Assembly (NCBI GenBank): GCA_018672055.1 | Contig: JABHGM010000001.1 | Coordinates: 432,679-496,678, forward strand | Source of the DNA: a bacterium | GTDB taxonomy: Bacteria > Patescibacteriota > Patescibacteriia > UBA1558 > UBA10009 | DNA length: 64,000 nt | Direction: 5' to 3' | Part shown: positions 48,746 through 58,480 of the stretch, one piece after another | How positions within the stretch are numbered: position 1 is the first letter of the stretch | Layout: each line of letters begins with the position of its first letter | Made by a program: the position numbers and the translations under genes | The notes under the pieces: model-generated | Database searches by the model: none | Seen by the model: the letters and a program-made list of their open reading frames with translations, nothing else | Told to the model about the DNA's origin: nothing

Positions 48746-51097
48746 ATGCCTGAAATAATATTAGAACTAGAAAATTTAAATGATGAAGAAGTTAAAGAAC
48801 TTTTAGCTAAGCATAATATTGGTTTAACTCCTTCTGAAGCACGTCAGATTGAGAATGATATGTTAGGTCGTCCTATGACTTTAACTGAGGCTACTGCTTG
48901 GAGTATTCAAGGATCTGAACATTGTTCATATAAGTCATCACGTGATCATTTAAAAAAATTGCCAACTGAAGCGCCTAATGTAATACAAGGTCCTCAAGAA
49001 GATGCTGGAATAATTGAACTAGTACGTCATAATGGTGAAAGATGGGGTATTGTTATGGGTCATGAAAGTCATAATCATCCATCTCAGCTTGTACCTTACG
49101 AAGGTGCAGCTACTGGTATTGGTGGTATAGTCCGTGATGTTTGTTGTATGGGTGCAAAAGTAATTGCTGTTGCAGATCCATTACGTTTTGGTGAAATTTC
49201 TTCAAATAAATCTAAATGGGTAGCTAGTGGTGTAGTAGATGGAATTGGTGGCTATGGTAATCCAATTGGTGTACCAAATATTGCTGGGGACCTGTATTGG
49301 TCTAAATCATTTAATGATAATTGTTTAGTAAATGTTGCTGCTTTTGGTTTAGTTAAAGAATCTGAAATAATTCACTCTTATGCTCCAAAAGAAGCAGGTG
49401 AATTAAATTATGATATTGTTTTAATTGGTAAACCTACTGATAATTCTGGGTTTGGTGGTGCTTCTTTTGCTTCGTTTGAATTAGATGAATCTGAAAAAGA
49501 AAAGAATAAAGGAGCTGTACAAGAACCTAATGCATTTTTAAAAAGACATATTTTTGAATCAACTTACGATTTATTTAGAATAATTAAAGAGAAACATTTA
49601 CTTGATAAGGTAGGTTTTAAAGATATGGGTGGAGGTGGAATATTATGTGGTTCTATTGAACTAGCAGATGCTGCAGGTTTTGGTGCTGAAGTTGATATTT
49701 CTAAAATACATGTTTCTATGGATAATTTACCTCCTCAAGTAATACTAGCTGCTGAAACTCAAGAACGTTTTATTTGGATATCACATCCAGATGTTACACC
49801 TCTTATTTTAGAGCATTATAATAAAACATGGGCTTTACCTGATGTTTCAAAAGGAGCCAAAGCTTCAGTTATTGGTAAAATAACTAGTGGTGGACAATAT
49901 GTAGTTAAAAATCAAGAAGGTGAGAAAGTTATTAATGCTAGAGCTTGTGATATTACTAAAGGTTTAAAATATGATAGAGAGTATAAGAAACCAGATCGTG
50001 AATTTAGTGAACCTGTATTACCTAAAATAGATGATTATAATGAACTATTACTAAAAGTCTTAGCTCATGAAAATATAGCTTCACGTCAAGTAATTTATGA
50101 AAAGTATGATAAGACAGTTCAAGGTATTACAGTTATAGAATCAGGTCAAGCTGATGCTGGGGTAATGCAACCTTTAATTGATGAAGATTTACCAGATGAT
50201 TTAAAAAAAGTAGGTATGGCTGTATCTGTTGATTCTAATCCTTTTTATTCTAGAATAGATCCATATTTAGGTGCAGCGCAAGCTGTTGCTGAATCAATGC
50301 GTAATGTAGCCTGTGTTGGTGCTATGCCTTGGGCTTTAACAGATTGTTTATGCTATGGTAATCCAGAAAAAGAAGATCAGATGTGGCAATTTACTGAAGG
50401 TGTTAAAGGTGTAGCTGATGCTTGTAACAATATTCATTTAAAAGGCTATGATTATAGCCCAACGCCTATTATTTCTGGTAATGTTAGTTTCTATAATGAA
50501 TCTAAAAATGGAGCTGTAGATCCTTCAGCTATTATTGCATGTTTAGGTAAAGTACCTAACGTAGATAATAGTATTACTATGGAATTTAAAGAAGTAGATT
50601 CAGATATTATATTAATAGGTGAACGTATGGATGAATTAGGTGGTAGTGTTTTGTATCAACTATATAATGAATTAGGAGCTAATGTACCTAAAGTAGATTT
50701 TAAAAATGTTGAAAATGAAATATATGCAGTAACAGATATGATAGATGATAAGTTACTTCTTTCTTGTCATGATATATCTGATGGTGGTATAGCTGTTACC
50801 CTAGCCGAAATGTCTTTTGGTGGTGATGGTAAGAATAGTATTGGCGCTGAGATTGATTTAGAAAAATTAGGTAAGTTAGATGATATTAAAAAGCTATTTT
50901 CTGAAACAGGTGGCTTTGTATTTGAAACAAAGAATACTGACAAAGTAAAAGATATTTGTAAAAAGTATAATCTTAAACCAATAGTTATTGGTAAAACTAT
51001 TAAAGATAAATTAGTAATTAGTAATTTAATTGATTTAGAGGTAAGTAATATGAGTAATAGTTGGTTAAATGGTTTAAGAGATAAGTTAAATAGTTAG
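48746..51097 (+). CDS. purL: FGAM synthase II (small PurL)
   Basis: 783 aa with PurM-like N- and C-domains (DVCCMGAKV, GGGGIL). Confidence 0.85.
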   Translation: MPEIILELENLNDEEVKELLAKHNIGLTPSEARQIENDMLGRPMTLTEATAWSIQGSEHCSYKSSRDHLKKLPTEAPNVIQGPQEDAGIIELVRHNGERWGIVMGHESHNHPSQLVPYEGAATGIGGIVRDVCCMGAKVIAVADPLRFGEISSNKSKWVASGVVDGIGGYGNPIGVPNIAGDLYWSKSFNDNCLVNVAAFGLVKESEIIHSYAPKEAGELNYDIVLIGKPTDNSGFGGASFASFELDESEKEKNKGAVQEPNAFLKRHIFESTYDLFRIIKEKHLLDKVGFKDMGGGGILCGSIELADAAGFGAEVDISKIHVSMDNLPPQVILAAETQERFIWISHPDVTPLILEHYNKTWALPDVSKGAKASVIGKITSGGQYVVKNQEGEKVINARACDITKGLKYDREYKKPDREFSEPVLPKIDDYNELLLKVLAHENIASRQVIYEKYDKTVQGITVIESGQADAGVMQPLIDEDLPDDLKKVGMAVSVDSNPFYSRIDPYLGAAQAVAESMRNVACVGAMPWALTDCLCYGNPEKEDQMWQFTEGVKGVADACNNIHLKGYDYSPTPIISGNVSFYNESKNGAVDPSAIIACLGKVPNVDNSITMEFKEVDSDIILIGERMDELGGSVLYQLYNELGANVPKVDFKNVENEIYAVTDMIDDKLLLSCHDISDGGIAVTLAEMSFGGDGKNSIGAEIDLEKLGKLDDIKKLFSETGGFVFETKNTDKVKDICKKYNLKPIVIGKTIKDKLVISNLIDLEVSNMSNSWLNGLRDKLNS

Positions 51098-51155
51098 TTC
51101 TTTGAATAAAAAAAAGGACAGAATGTATTCTGCCCTTTCCGAGGTTTAGTTGATT

Positions 51156-51713
51156 CTATTCAGGTGGCATAAACGATGAATATACTTCATCTTTTTCTCC
51201 TATAAGAATATTATCCGCATAAAAAGAAGTAAATTCAGTTAATGATTCGTTCGTTTTTATCTTAACGGTCATACCTGGCTTAAATATAAATGATAGAAGT
51301 GACATGGTTTCTTGTAAAGAATGCTTTTTAAAGTATTCAGAGATTTTTGGAACTTTATCATTATCAAGTATTTTAATGTATTTTACCTCTTCTTGATCTT
51401 CTACGATCAAGACTGTTCCATATTCTATATTTTCCACTAGGAAAATACATTCAGGAGTATTATCAAAAATTGTTTCACATTCGTGTTTGATGCTTTGTCC
51501 ATTATAGATAGTATTTCCCATTATTATCAGGCCATCATCGTCATTTTGATCAGTATAGCAAAGAATTTTTCCTACAATATCATCACTAAATATGATAATA
51601 TTGAAATCCGGGTCATTGTGGTAGAAACCCAAAAATTGGGTTTCTGCAAAGTTATCTTTGGAACATCCAACCATTAAAAACATGGCAATAATCAGAAGTA
51701 TCATCTTCCTCAT
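51156..51713 (-). CDS. Lipoprotein, hypothetical
   Basis: Signal peptide with lipobox LMVGCS and an AAGGAG SD. It lies on the opposite strand inside the pur cluster. Confidence 0.5.
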   Translation of the reverse strand: MRKMILLIIAMFLMVGCSKDNFAETQFLGFYHNDPDFNIIIFSDDIVGKILCYTDQNDDDGLIIMGNTIYNGQSIKHECETIFDNTPECIFLVENIEYGTVLIVEDQEEVKYIKILDNDKVPKISEYFKKHSLQETMSLLSFIFKPGMTVKIKTNESLTEFTSFYADNILIGEKDEVYSSFMPPE

Positions 51714-51808
51714 TTTATTCTCCTTTTGTTAGTTTATTACTTTTAATTAATTTTGTAAGAACGAAATTAATAATAGAATATACCATATAATATATATAAT
51801 GTCAATAT

Positions 51809-52969
51809 ATGCCAAGCTACGAAGATAGAGGTGTTTCACCTCATAAACCAGATGTAAAAAAAGCTATTTTAGCTATTGATCAGGGATTATATCCTAAAGC
51901 TTTTTGTAAAGCTATTCCTGATATTATTAGTAATCAAGAAGATTACTGTTTTTTACTACATGCTGATGGTGCTGGTACTAAGTCTTCTCTGGCTTATTTA
52001 CAGTATAAAGAAAATAATGATCCATCTGTATTTCGAGGTATTGCTCAAGATTCCTTAGTAATGAATTTAGATGATTTACTATGTGTTGGGGCTTTAGGTC
52101 CTTTCATATTATCAAATACTATAGGACGTAATTATAAATTAATAGATGGTGAAATAATTAAACAAATAATTGAAGGATATCAAGATCAAGCTAATTTAAT
52201 GAAAGAACATGGTATAGATGTAGTTAATTGTGGTGGTGAAACTGCTGATCTTGGTGATTTAGTTAGAACTGTAATAATTGATTCAACAATTGCTGTACGT
52301 ATGAAGCGTTCTCACTTTATTGATGCTTCACTTGTAAAACCTGATCAAGTAATCGTGGGCTTATCATCTAGTGGTCAAGCTACATATGAAACTAAATATA
52401 ATTCAGGGATTGGTACAAATGGTTTTACTTCAGCACGTCATGAAGTTTTAAATAATGAATATAGAGATAAATATCCAGAATCTTTTGCTCCTGAAATATA
52501 TGACTTAGCCTATACCGGTAAGTTTAAATTAAGTGATAAATTAAAAGATACTCCTTTAACTGTTGGTGAGGCCTTACTTAGCCCTACTCGTACTTATGCT
52601 CCTATTCTAAAATTAGTTTTAGATGAATATCGAGATAATATTTCCGCTATTTTCCATAATAGTGGTGGTGGGCAGACAAAATGTATTAATTTTGGTGAAA
52701 ATATTAGGTATGTAAAAGATAATCTATTTAATACTCCACCCATATTTAATTTAATACGTGAAAGTAATAATTTAAGTAATCATGAAATGTATCGAGTATA
52801 TAATATGGGAAGTCGTATGGAAATAGTTTGTGACAGCAAAGTAGCAGATAAAATAATAGATATTTCAAATAAATTTAAAGTAGATGCTCAAGTAATAGGT
52901 AGAACTGAAAAGAGTGATAAAACTGAAGTTTTAATTAAAACTAAAGATGAAGAAATAAAATATGAGTAA
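51809..52969 (+). CDS. purM: AIR synthetase (PurM), divergent long form
   Basis: By-eye alignment to E. coli PurM: SYEDRGV~SYKDAGV, DGAGTK~DGVGTK, GGETADL~GGETAEM, LSPTRTY~LAPTRIY, HNSGGG~HLTGGG, HEMYRVYNMG~HEMYRTFNCG. Confidence 0.75.
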   Translation: MPSYEDRGVSPHKPDVKKAILAIDQGLYPKAFCKAIPDIISNQEDYCFLLHADGAGTKSSLAYLQYKENNDPSVFRGIAQDSLVMNLDDLLCVGALGPFILSNTIGRNYKLIDGEIIKQIIEGYQDQANLMKEHGIDVVNCGGETADLGDLVRTVIIDSTIAVRMKRSHFIDASLVKPDQVIVGLSSSGQATYETKYNSGIGTNGFTSARHEVLNNEYRDKYPESFAPEIYDLAYTGKFKLSDKLKDTPLTVGEALLSPTRTYAPILKLVLDEYRDNISAIFHNSGGGQTKCINFGENIRYVKDNLFNTPPIFNLIRESNNLSNHEMYRVYNMGSRMEIVCDSKVADKIIDISNKFKVDAQVIGRTEKSDKTEVLIKTKDEEIKYE

Positions 52970-54188
52970 GATAGCCATAATTCAATTCCCAGGTACTAAT
53001 TGTGAAGCTGAATCATTTCGTGCTATAAAAGACGTTGGTATGGAACCTGAGCTATTCAGATGGAATAGAGATAAAGAAGATTTACGTAAATTTGATGGGT
53101 ATTTTATACCAGGGGGTTTTTCCTATGAAGATAGAGTAAGGTCTGGAGCTATTGCAGGACGTGATCCATTAATGAAAGTAATTAAGCAAGAATCAGCTAA
53201 AGGTAAACCAGTTATTGGTATATGTAATGGAGCGCAAATACTTGTTGAGTCAGGTATGATTCCAGGTTTAGAAGCAAGTCATTTAGGAGCAAGCTTGTCA
53301 TGGAATGAAAAGGGTTATCTAAATATTTGGGTACGTATTAAAAATGATTCAGATAAAGTAACTGCTTTTAATAATTTTGATAAAGATTTTAATTTTAGCT
53401 TACCTATTGCTCATGGTGAAGGAAGATGGGTAATAGCTGATGATTTATTAAAAAAATTAACAGATAATGGACAAACAGTTTTTAAATATTGTGATACTAG
53501 TGGTGATTTAAAAGATGAGTATCCTGTTAATCCAAATGGTTCTGTAAATAATTTAGCAGGGGTAAGTAACAAAGAAGGTAATGTTTTAGCTTTAATGCCT
53601 CATCCAGAGAGAACTAAAGAGGGACTTAAAATATTTGAATCAATGAAAAAGTATATTGAAGAGAACAAGGAATATGAGGTTAGTGAAATAAAAGGTTTTG
53701 AACATAAGAATGGTGAACTTAATAAGTATAGTAAAGAAGAAAATAGCCTTGAATTCTTAGTTGATCTAATAATAACAGACAATGAAGCAGAAACTCTTCA
53801 AATTGCTTTATCTCAGCTTGATTTTAACACTGATTCTCTTAAAAGATATACTCATTGGGAAGTAAGCACTAGTGATACAAGTCAAGAATTAAAAGATAAA
53901 TTAATTAAATCAGGAGAACTTTTAAATACTAATAAGGAAATACCATATATTAATGATAAATCAAAGTTAAAGAATAAGACACATAAAGTATTAATAAGGT
54001 ATAAAGATGATTTTACAGGACATGATATTCTTGGTACTTTAAATAATAGGTTAGGTATAACGCAAGTAAGTAAAGTATTAAAAGGTGTCTTATGGGAAAT
54101 TGAATGCACAGATCAAGAATTTAAAAAAATAATTAATAGTCATATACTATTTAATCCATTAGCACAGATTGCTTTAATATATGAATGA
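52962..54188 (+). CDS. purQ: FGAM synthase I glutaminase PurQ fused to a C-terminal PurS-like domain
   Basis: The N-terminal ~240 aa are PurQ (IIQFPGTNCE, GGFSYED, MPHPER). The C-terminal ~150 aa show a PurS-like KVLIRYKDDFTGHDILGTLNNRLGI...VLKGVLWEIE pattern. There is no separate purS in the cluster. Confidence 0.7.
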   Translation: MSKIAIIQFPGTNCEAESFRAIKDVGMEPELFRWNRDKEDLRKFDGYFIPGGFSYEDRVRSGAIAGRDPLMKVIKQESAKGKPVIGICNGAQILVESGMIPGLEASHLGASLSWNEKGYLNIWVRIKNDSDKVTAFNNFDKDFNFSLPIAHGEGRWVIADDLLKKLTDNGQTVFKYCDTSGDLKDEYPVNPNGSVNNLAGVSNKEGNVLALMPHPERTKEGLKIFESMKKYIEENKEYEVSEIKGFEHKNGELNKYSKEENSLEFLVDLIITDNEAETLQIALSQLDFNTDSLKRYTHWEVSTSDTSQELKDKLIKSGELLNTNKEIPYINDKSKLKNKTHKVLIRYKDDFTGHDILGTLNNRLGITQVSKVLKGVLWEIECTDQEFKKIINSHILFNPLAQIALIYE

Positions 54189-54726
54189 AGATAGAAAAAA
54201 AGAAATACTAAATATTGTTGATGAAAATGATAATATAATCGGTGAAGATACTAGATACAATATTCATAAGAAAGGATTGCTACATAGAGAAGTAAATGCT
54301 TGGTTTTATACTAGTAAAGGTGAGATAATTTTTCAAAAAAGAGGTTTAAATCAAGAAATTTATCCAGGACTTCTTGATTCAACGGCAGGGGGTCATGTAG
54401 ATCTGAATGAAGATTATGACAGCGCCATAATAAGAGAAATAAAAGAGGAGACTGGTATTAATCCTGAAAAAGATAAATTAGAATTAGTGCTAAAGAGAAT
54501 GATAAAGTATACTGAAAAATTATCAGGATTAATTAATAATAAGTGTTATCAAATTTATACATATAGGTTTGATGGCGATATTAATGAATTGATAGCCTCA
54601 GAAGGGCAAGGTTTTGTAGCTTGGCCAATTGATAGGTTGATAAATATATCTGAAAAAGATAAGAAGAACGTTATTCCAGAGATATATAATACTGATGAAA
54701 TAAAAATATTTAGTAATTTAAAATAA
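54181..54726 (+). CDS. Nudix hydrolase, YfcD-like
   Basis: LLHREVNAWFY...IFQKRG...YPGLLDSTAGGHV plus Nudix box REIKEETGI. It overlaps purQS by 8 nt. Confidence 0.7.
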   Translation: MNEDRKKEILNIVDENDNIIGEDTRYNIHKKGLLHREVNAWFYTSKGEIIFQKRGLNQEIYPGLLDSTAGGHVDLNEDYDSAIIREIKEETGINPEKDKLELVLKRMIKYTEKLSGLINNKCYQIYTYRFDGDINELIASEGQGFVAWPIDRLINISEKDKKNVIPEIYNTDEIKIFSNLK

Positions 54727-54757
54727 TATATGGAGAAAAAAATAATAAATAAATAAT

Positions 54758-55690
54758 ATGATTGAAAGATTTAATTCATCAGTAGAAAGTAATAAGAATA
54801 ATGCATTTGAAATGCCAATTTTTGAAATTAAAGATGTCTTACAAGATCCGGAGATAGAAAATGTCATACAATCTATGAGACGAGACGTATTTAAATCATT
54901 AGGTATTGATGATGCAAAATCAGATATGGTAATGGATCAATGTCTTAAATTTGCAAAAAATTATGATGATATTAATGAATATGAACAAGCAGCTCATAAT
55001 ATTTTAGAAAGTGAGGGAGTTGTTGATGCTATTCCAGAAAAACTTATTGAACGTGCTGAAATAATACATGAGCAAATAAAAAAGTATCTAAAAGATGGTT
55101 TAGTTCTTGATTTTGGATGTGGCGATGCAAGGCTTGCGCAACTTATTGCAAAAGATGGAAATGAGGTGCAACTTGCAGATGTATATGAAAATCCGAATGT
55201 AGCCAAAACAGGACTTCCGTTTGAATTATTAGAACAAGGTAAAGATATACCATTTGAAGATAATAAGTTTGATAATACATTACTCCTTACAGTTTTCCAT
55301 CATAGTGATGATCCTATTCAATTAATGAAAGAGACTAAACGTGTGACAAAGCCAGGTGGTAGGGTAATTGTTATTGAATCAGTTTATGATGTAGATGGCA
55401 AAGAGCTTTCAGAAGATGAACGTAAAAAATCAGAAGAATATCTTGCCTTGTCTCCTGAACAACAACGTAGAGTTAATATATTTTTTGATCATTTCTACAA
55501 TCGTGTTATACATAATTCAGACGATCCATCAAAAAAAGTAAATGTGCCTTTTAACTTTAATACACCTGAAGAATGGAAGAAATTATTTGATGAGCAAGAT
55601 TTAAAACAAGAAGAAGTTGTTCATTTAGGACCAGATCAACCAACAGTTCCTGAATATCATACATTGCATGTACTTAATGTAGAAAAATAA
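54758..55690 (+). CDS. Class I SAM-dependent methyltransferase of unknown substrate
   Basis: Motif I LDFGCGDARL, post-I ADVY, motif II FDNTLLLTVFHH, motif III KPGGRVIVIE. Confidence 0.65.
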   Translation: MIERFNSSVESNKNNAFEMPIFEIKDVLQDPEIENVIQSMRRDVFKSLGIDDAKSDMVMDQCLKFAKNYDDINEYEQAAHNILESEGVVDAIPEKLIERAEIIHEQIKKYLKDGLVLDFGCGDARLAQLIAKDGNEVQLADVYENPNVAKTGLPFELLEQGKDIPFEDNKFDNTLLLTVFHHSDDPIQLMKETKRVTKPGGRVIVIESVYDVDGKELSEDERKKSEEYLALSPEQQRRVNIFFDHFYNRVIHNSDDPSKKVNVPFNFNTPEEWKKLFDEQDLKQEEVVHLGPDQPTVPEYHTLHVLNVEK

Positions 55691-55711
55691 TTAATAAAAA
55701 TAAAATAATAT

Positions 55712-56677
55712 ATGGAGAAAAAAATAATACAAAGTAATATTAAAAATGTTTTAACAGAAACTAATTTGGTAAATCTTGGTACTAAACAAATTGGTAAAGT
55801 AAGAGATGTTTATGTAAGTGATGATAAGATTTTTTTAATAGCTACAGATAGGCAAAGTGCTTTTGATAGGGTACTGGCTTCAATACCTTTTAAAGGGCAA
55901 GTTCTTACTCAAACTAGTAAATGGTGGTTTGAACAAACTAAGAGCTTTTGTCCTAATTCTGTAATAGATACACCAGATCCTAATGTATCAGTTCAAAAGA
56001 ATTTAGAAGTTATGCCTTTTGAAGTAGTTATTCGTGGATATATTACTGGTACTACAGATACTGCTGCTTGGACTAATTACCAAAAAGGCGTTAGAGATTT
56101 TTGTGGTAATAAATTACCTGAAAATATGGTAAAGAATCAAAAATTTGATGCACCCATTATTACACCAACTACTAAGTTTGAAAAACATGATCGTAATATA
56201 TCAAAAAATAATATACTTTCTGAGAAGATGTGTTCTGTAGAAGAATGGGAATATATTTCAGAGAAAGCTTTTCAGTTATTTGCTTTTGGTCAAAAAACTG
56301 CTTTAGCTCATGGTTTAATACTAGTTGATACTAAATATGAGTTTGGTAAGGATAAGCAAGGTAATATATTCTTAATTGATGAAATACATACCCCTGACTC
56401 TTCTAGGTATTGGTTGAAAGAAACATATCAAGAAAGAATATCAGAAGGTAATGAGCCAGATAATATTGATAAGGAATTTTTAAGATTATGGTTTAAAGAT
56501 AACTGTGATCCATATCATGATGAAGAATTACCTGAAGCACCTCGTGAATTAATTGTAGAATTATCAATGAGATATATTAAATTATTTGAAATGATAACTG
56601 GTGAAACATTTAGTGTTGATGATAAGTTAATATTATCTAGAATAGAGAAAAATTTAAAAACTAAAGGTTACATGTAA
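55712..56677 (+). CDS. purC: SAICAR synthetase, long form
   Basis: LILVDTKYEFG and IDEIHTPDSSRYW motifs. At 321 aa it resembles the long PurC type. Confidence 0.85.
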   Translation: MEKKIIQSNIKNVLTETNLVNLGTKQIGKVRDVYVSDDKIFLIATDRQSAFDRVLASIPFKGQVLTQTSKWWFEQTKSFCPNSVIDTPDPNVSVQKNLEVMPFEVVIRGYITGTTDTAAWTNYQKGVRDFCGNKLPENMVKNQKFDAPIITPTTKFEKHDRNISKNNILSEKMCSVEEWEYISEKAFQLFAFGQKTALAHGLILVDTKYEFGKDKQGNIFLIDEIHTPDSSRYWLKETYQERISEGNEPDNIDKEFLRLWFKDNCDPYHDEELPEAPRELIVELSMRYIKLFEMITGETFSVDDKLILSRIEKNLKTKGYM

Positions 56678-56678
56678 T

Positions 56679-57125
56679 ATGAAAGTAATAATTATAATGG
56701 GTAGTTCTTCTGATAAAGAATGGGCTACTAAAATAGAAGATAATTTAAAAACTTGGGACTTAGAGTTTGAAGAACACATTTTGTCAGCTCATAAAGTACC
56801 TGAAATGGTATTTGATTTAGTAACTAAATTAAATCAGGAAAAAGATATAGTATATATTACTATTGCCGGACGTTCTAATGGTTTATCTGGTGTTACTGCT
56901 GCAAATAGCATTCATCCAGTAATTGCATGTCCACCTTTTTCTAGTAAAGAAGATATGATGGTAAATATTCATTCAACTTTGCAAATGCCTTCAGCTACAC
57001 CAGTACTTACTGTATTAGATCCTAAAAATGTAGCAGACGCTTGTGCTAGAATATTAGGGCTTAGTAATGATGATATGCAAAGTAAGGTTGTTGATAAAAT
57101 AAAAGATATTAAAAAATCATTTTAA
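56679..57125 (+). CDS. purE: PurE, with a class II (AIR carboxylase) signature
   Basis: IMGSSSD and SAHKVP (AHK rather than the class I AHR). No purK is present in the cluster. Confidence 0.8.
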   Translation: MKVIIIMGSSSDKEWATKIEDNLKTWDLEFEEHILSAHKVPEMVFDLVTKLNQEKDIVYITIAGRSNGLSGVTAANSIHPVIACPPFSSKEDMMVNIHSTLQMPSATPVLTVLDPKNVADACARILGLSNDDMQSKVVDKIKDIKKSF

Positions 57126-57129
57126 ATAT

Positions 57130-58479
57130 ATGGATACATTAAATGCAATATCTCCACTTGATGGTAGATATCAAGATAAAATAAAAGAGCTATCTAAGTA
57201 TTTTTCTGAAAGTGCTTTAATTAGATATCGTTTAAAAATAGAAATAGAATATTTTATTGCTTTATCACTTGAACCTAAAATAAAAGAAGTAAGAGAATTT
57301 AGTGATGAAGAAATTGTAAGTCTTAGAACACTTTATCTTAAATTTAATGAAAAAGATGCTTTGCAAGTTAAAAAGATAGAAAAAAAGACTAATCATGATG
57401 TTAAAGCAGTTGAGTATTTTTTAAAGAATAATTTACCAGATACTCTTAAAGAATTTTCTGAGTTTATACATTTTGCTTTAACTTCAGAGGATATAAATAA
57501 TTTAGCTTACTCTTTAATGCTAAAAGATGGCTATAATGAATATTTAAAGAGTTTAAAGAAGTTGCTTAAGAATTTAAAAGGTTTGAGCCTAGATTATAAA
57601 AGAATTCCATTGTTATCTCTAACTCATGGCCAAGCAGCCACACCTACTACTATAGGTAAGGAATTTGCTGTTTTCTATATGCGTCTTAAAGATCAGATAC
57701 AGCCATTTACTTTAAAAGGTAAGTTATCTGGCGCTGTAGGCAATTTTAATGCTCAGAAACAAGCATATTCTAATGTTGATTGGTTTAGTTTTAGTCAAAA
57801 TTTTGTTGAGTCTCTAGGTTTAGAATATAATGCCATAACTACACAAATAGAACCACATGATTCATTATCTTATGTGTATCATCAAATAAGTAGAATAAAT
57901 AATATTGTACGTGATCTAGATCAAGATTTATGGCTATATATAAGTAGAGATATATTTAAATTGAAAAAGAAGTCAGGTGAAGTCGGTTCTTCTACTATGC
58001 CTCATAAGGTAAATCCAATTGATTTTGAAAATAGTGAAGGTAATTTAGGTTTAGCTAATGCTTTACTTATTTATATGGCAAATAAATTACCTATTTCTCG
58101 TATGCAAAGAGATTTAACTGATTCTACTACACTTAGAAATCAAGGTATAGCTCTTGGTTATTCTTTGCTCGCTTTAAAGTCTACACTTAAAGGTTTAGGT
58201 AAATTAGAAGTAAATAGGACAAGATGTAGAGAAGAATTAGATGAAAACTGGCAAGTTTTAGCAGAACCTATTCAGGTAGTTTTGAGAAAAGTAAGTTTTC
58301 CTAAACCATATGAAACATTAAAAGAATTAACTCAGGGTAAAAAGATAGATCAGGAAAAGATAACTAAGTTTATTAAAAAGTTAAAAATATCTAAAGTAGA
58401 AAAAGATAAGTTATTAAAATTAACACCAAGTAAATATATAGGGGAGAGTATTAAATTAATAGATAAATATATTAAGTAA
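57130..58479 (+). CDS. purB: Adenylosuccinate lyase
   Basis: Fumarase/ASL family with the signature SSTMPHKVNP. Confidence 0.9.
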   Translation: MDTLNAISPLDGRYQDKIKELSKYFSESALIRYRLKIEIEYFIALSLEPKIKEVREFSDEEIVSLRTLYLKFNEKDALQVKKIEKKTNHDVKAVEYFLKNNLPDTLKEFSEFIHFALTSEDINNLAYSLMLKDGYNEYLKSLKKLLKNLKGLSLDYKRIPLLSLTHGQAATPTTIGKEFAVFYMRLKDQIQPFTLKGKLSGAVGNFNAQKQAYSNVDWFSFSQNFVESLGLEYNAITTQIEPHDSLSYVYHQISRINNIVRDLDQDLWLYISRDIFKLKKKSGEVGSSTMPHKVNPIDFENSEGNLGLANALLIYMANKLPISRMQRDLTDSTTLRNQGIALGYSLLALKSTLKGLGKLEVNRTRCREELDENWQVLAEPIQVVLRKVSFPKPYETLKELTQGKKIDQEKITKFIKKLKISKVEKDKLLKLTPSKYIGESIKLIDKYIK

Positions 58480-58480
58480 T

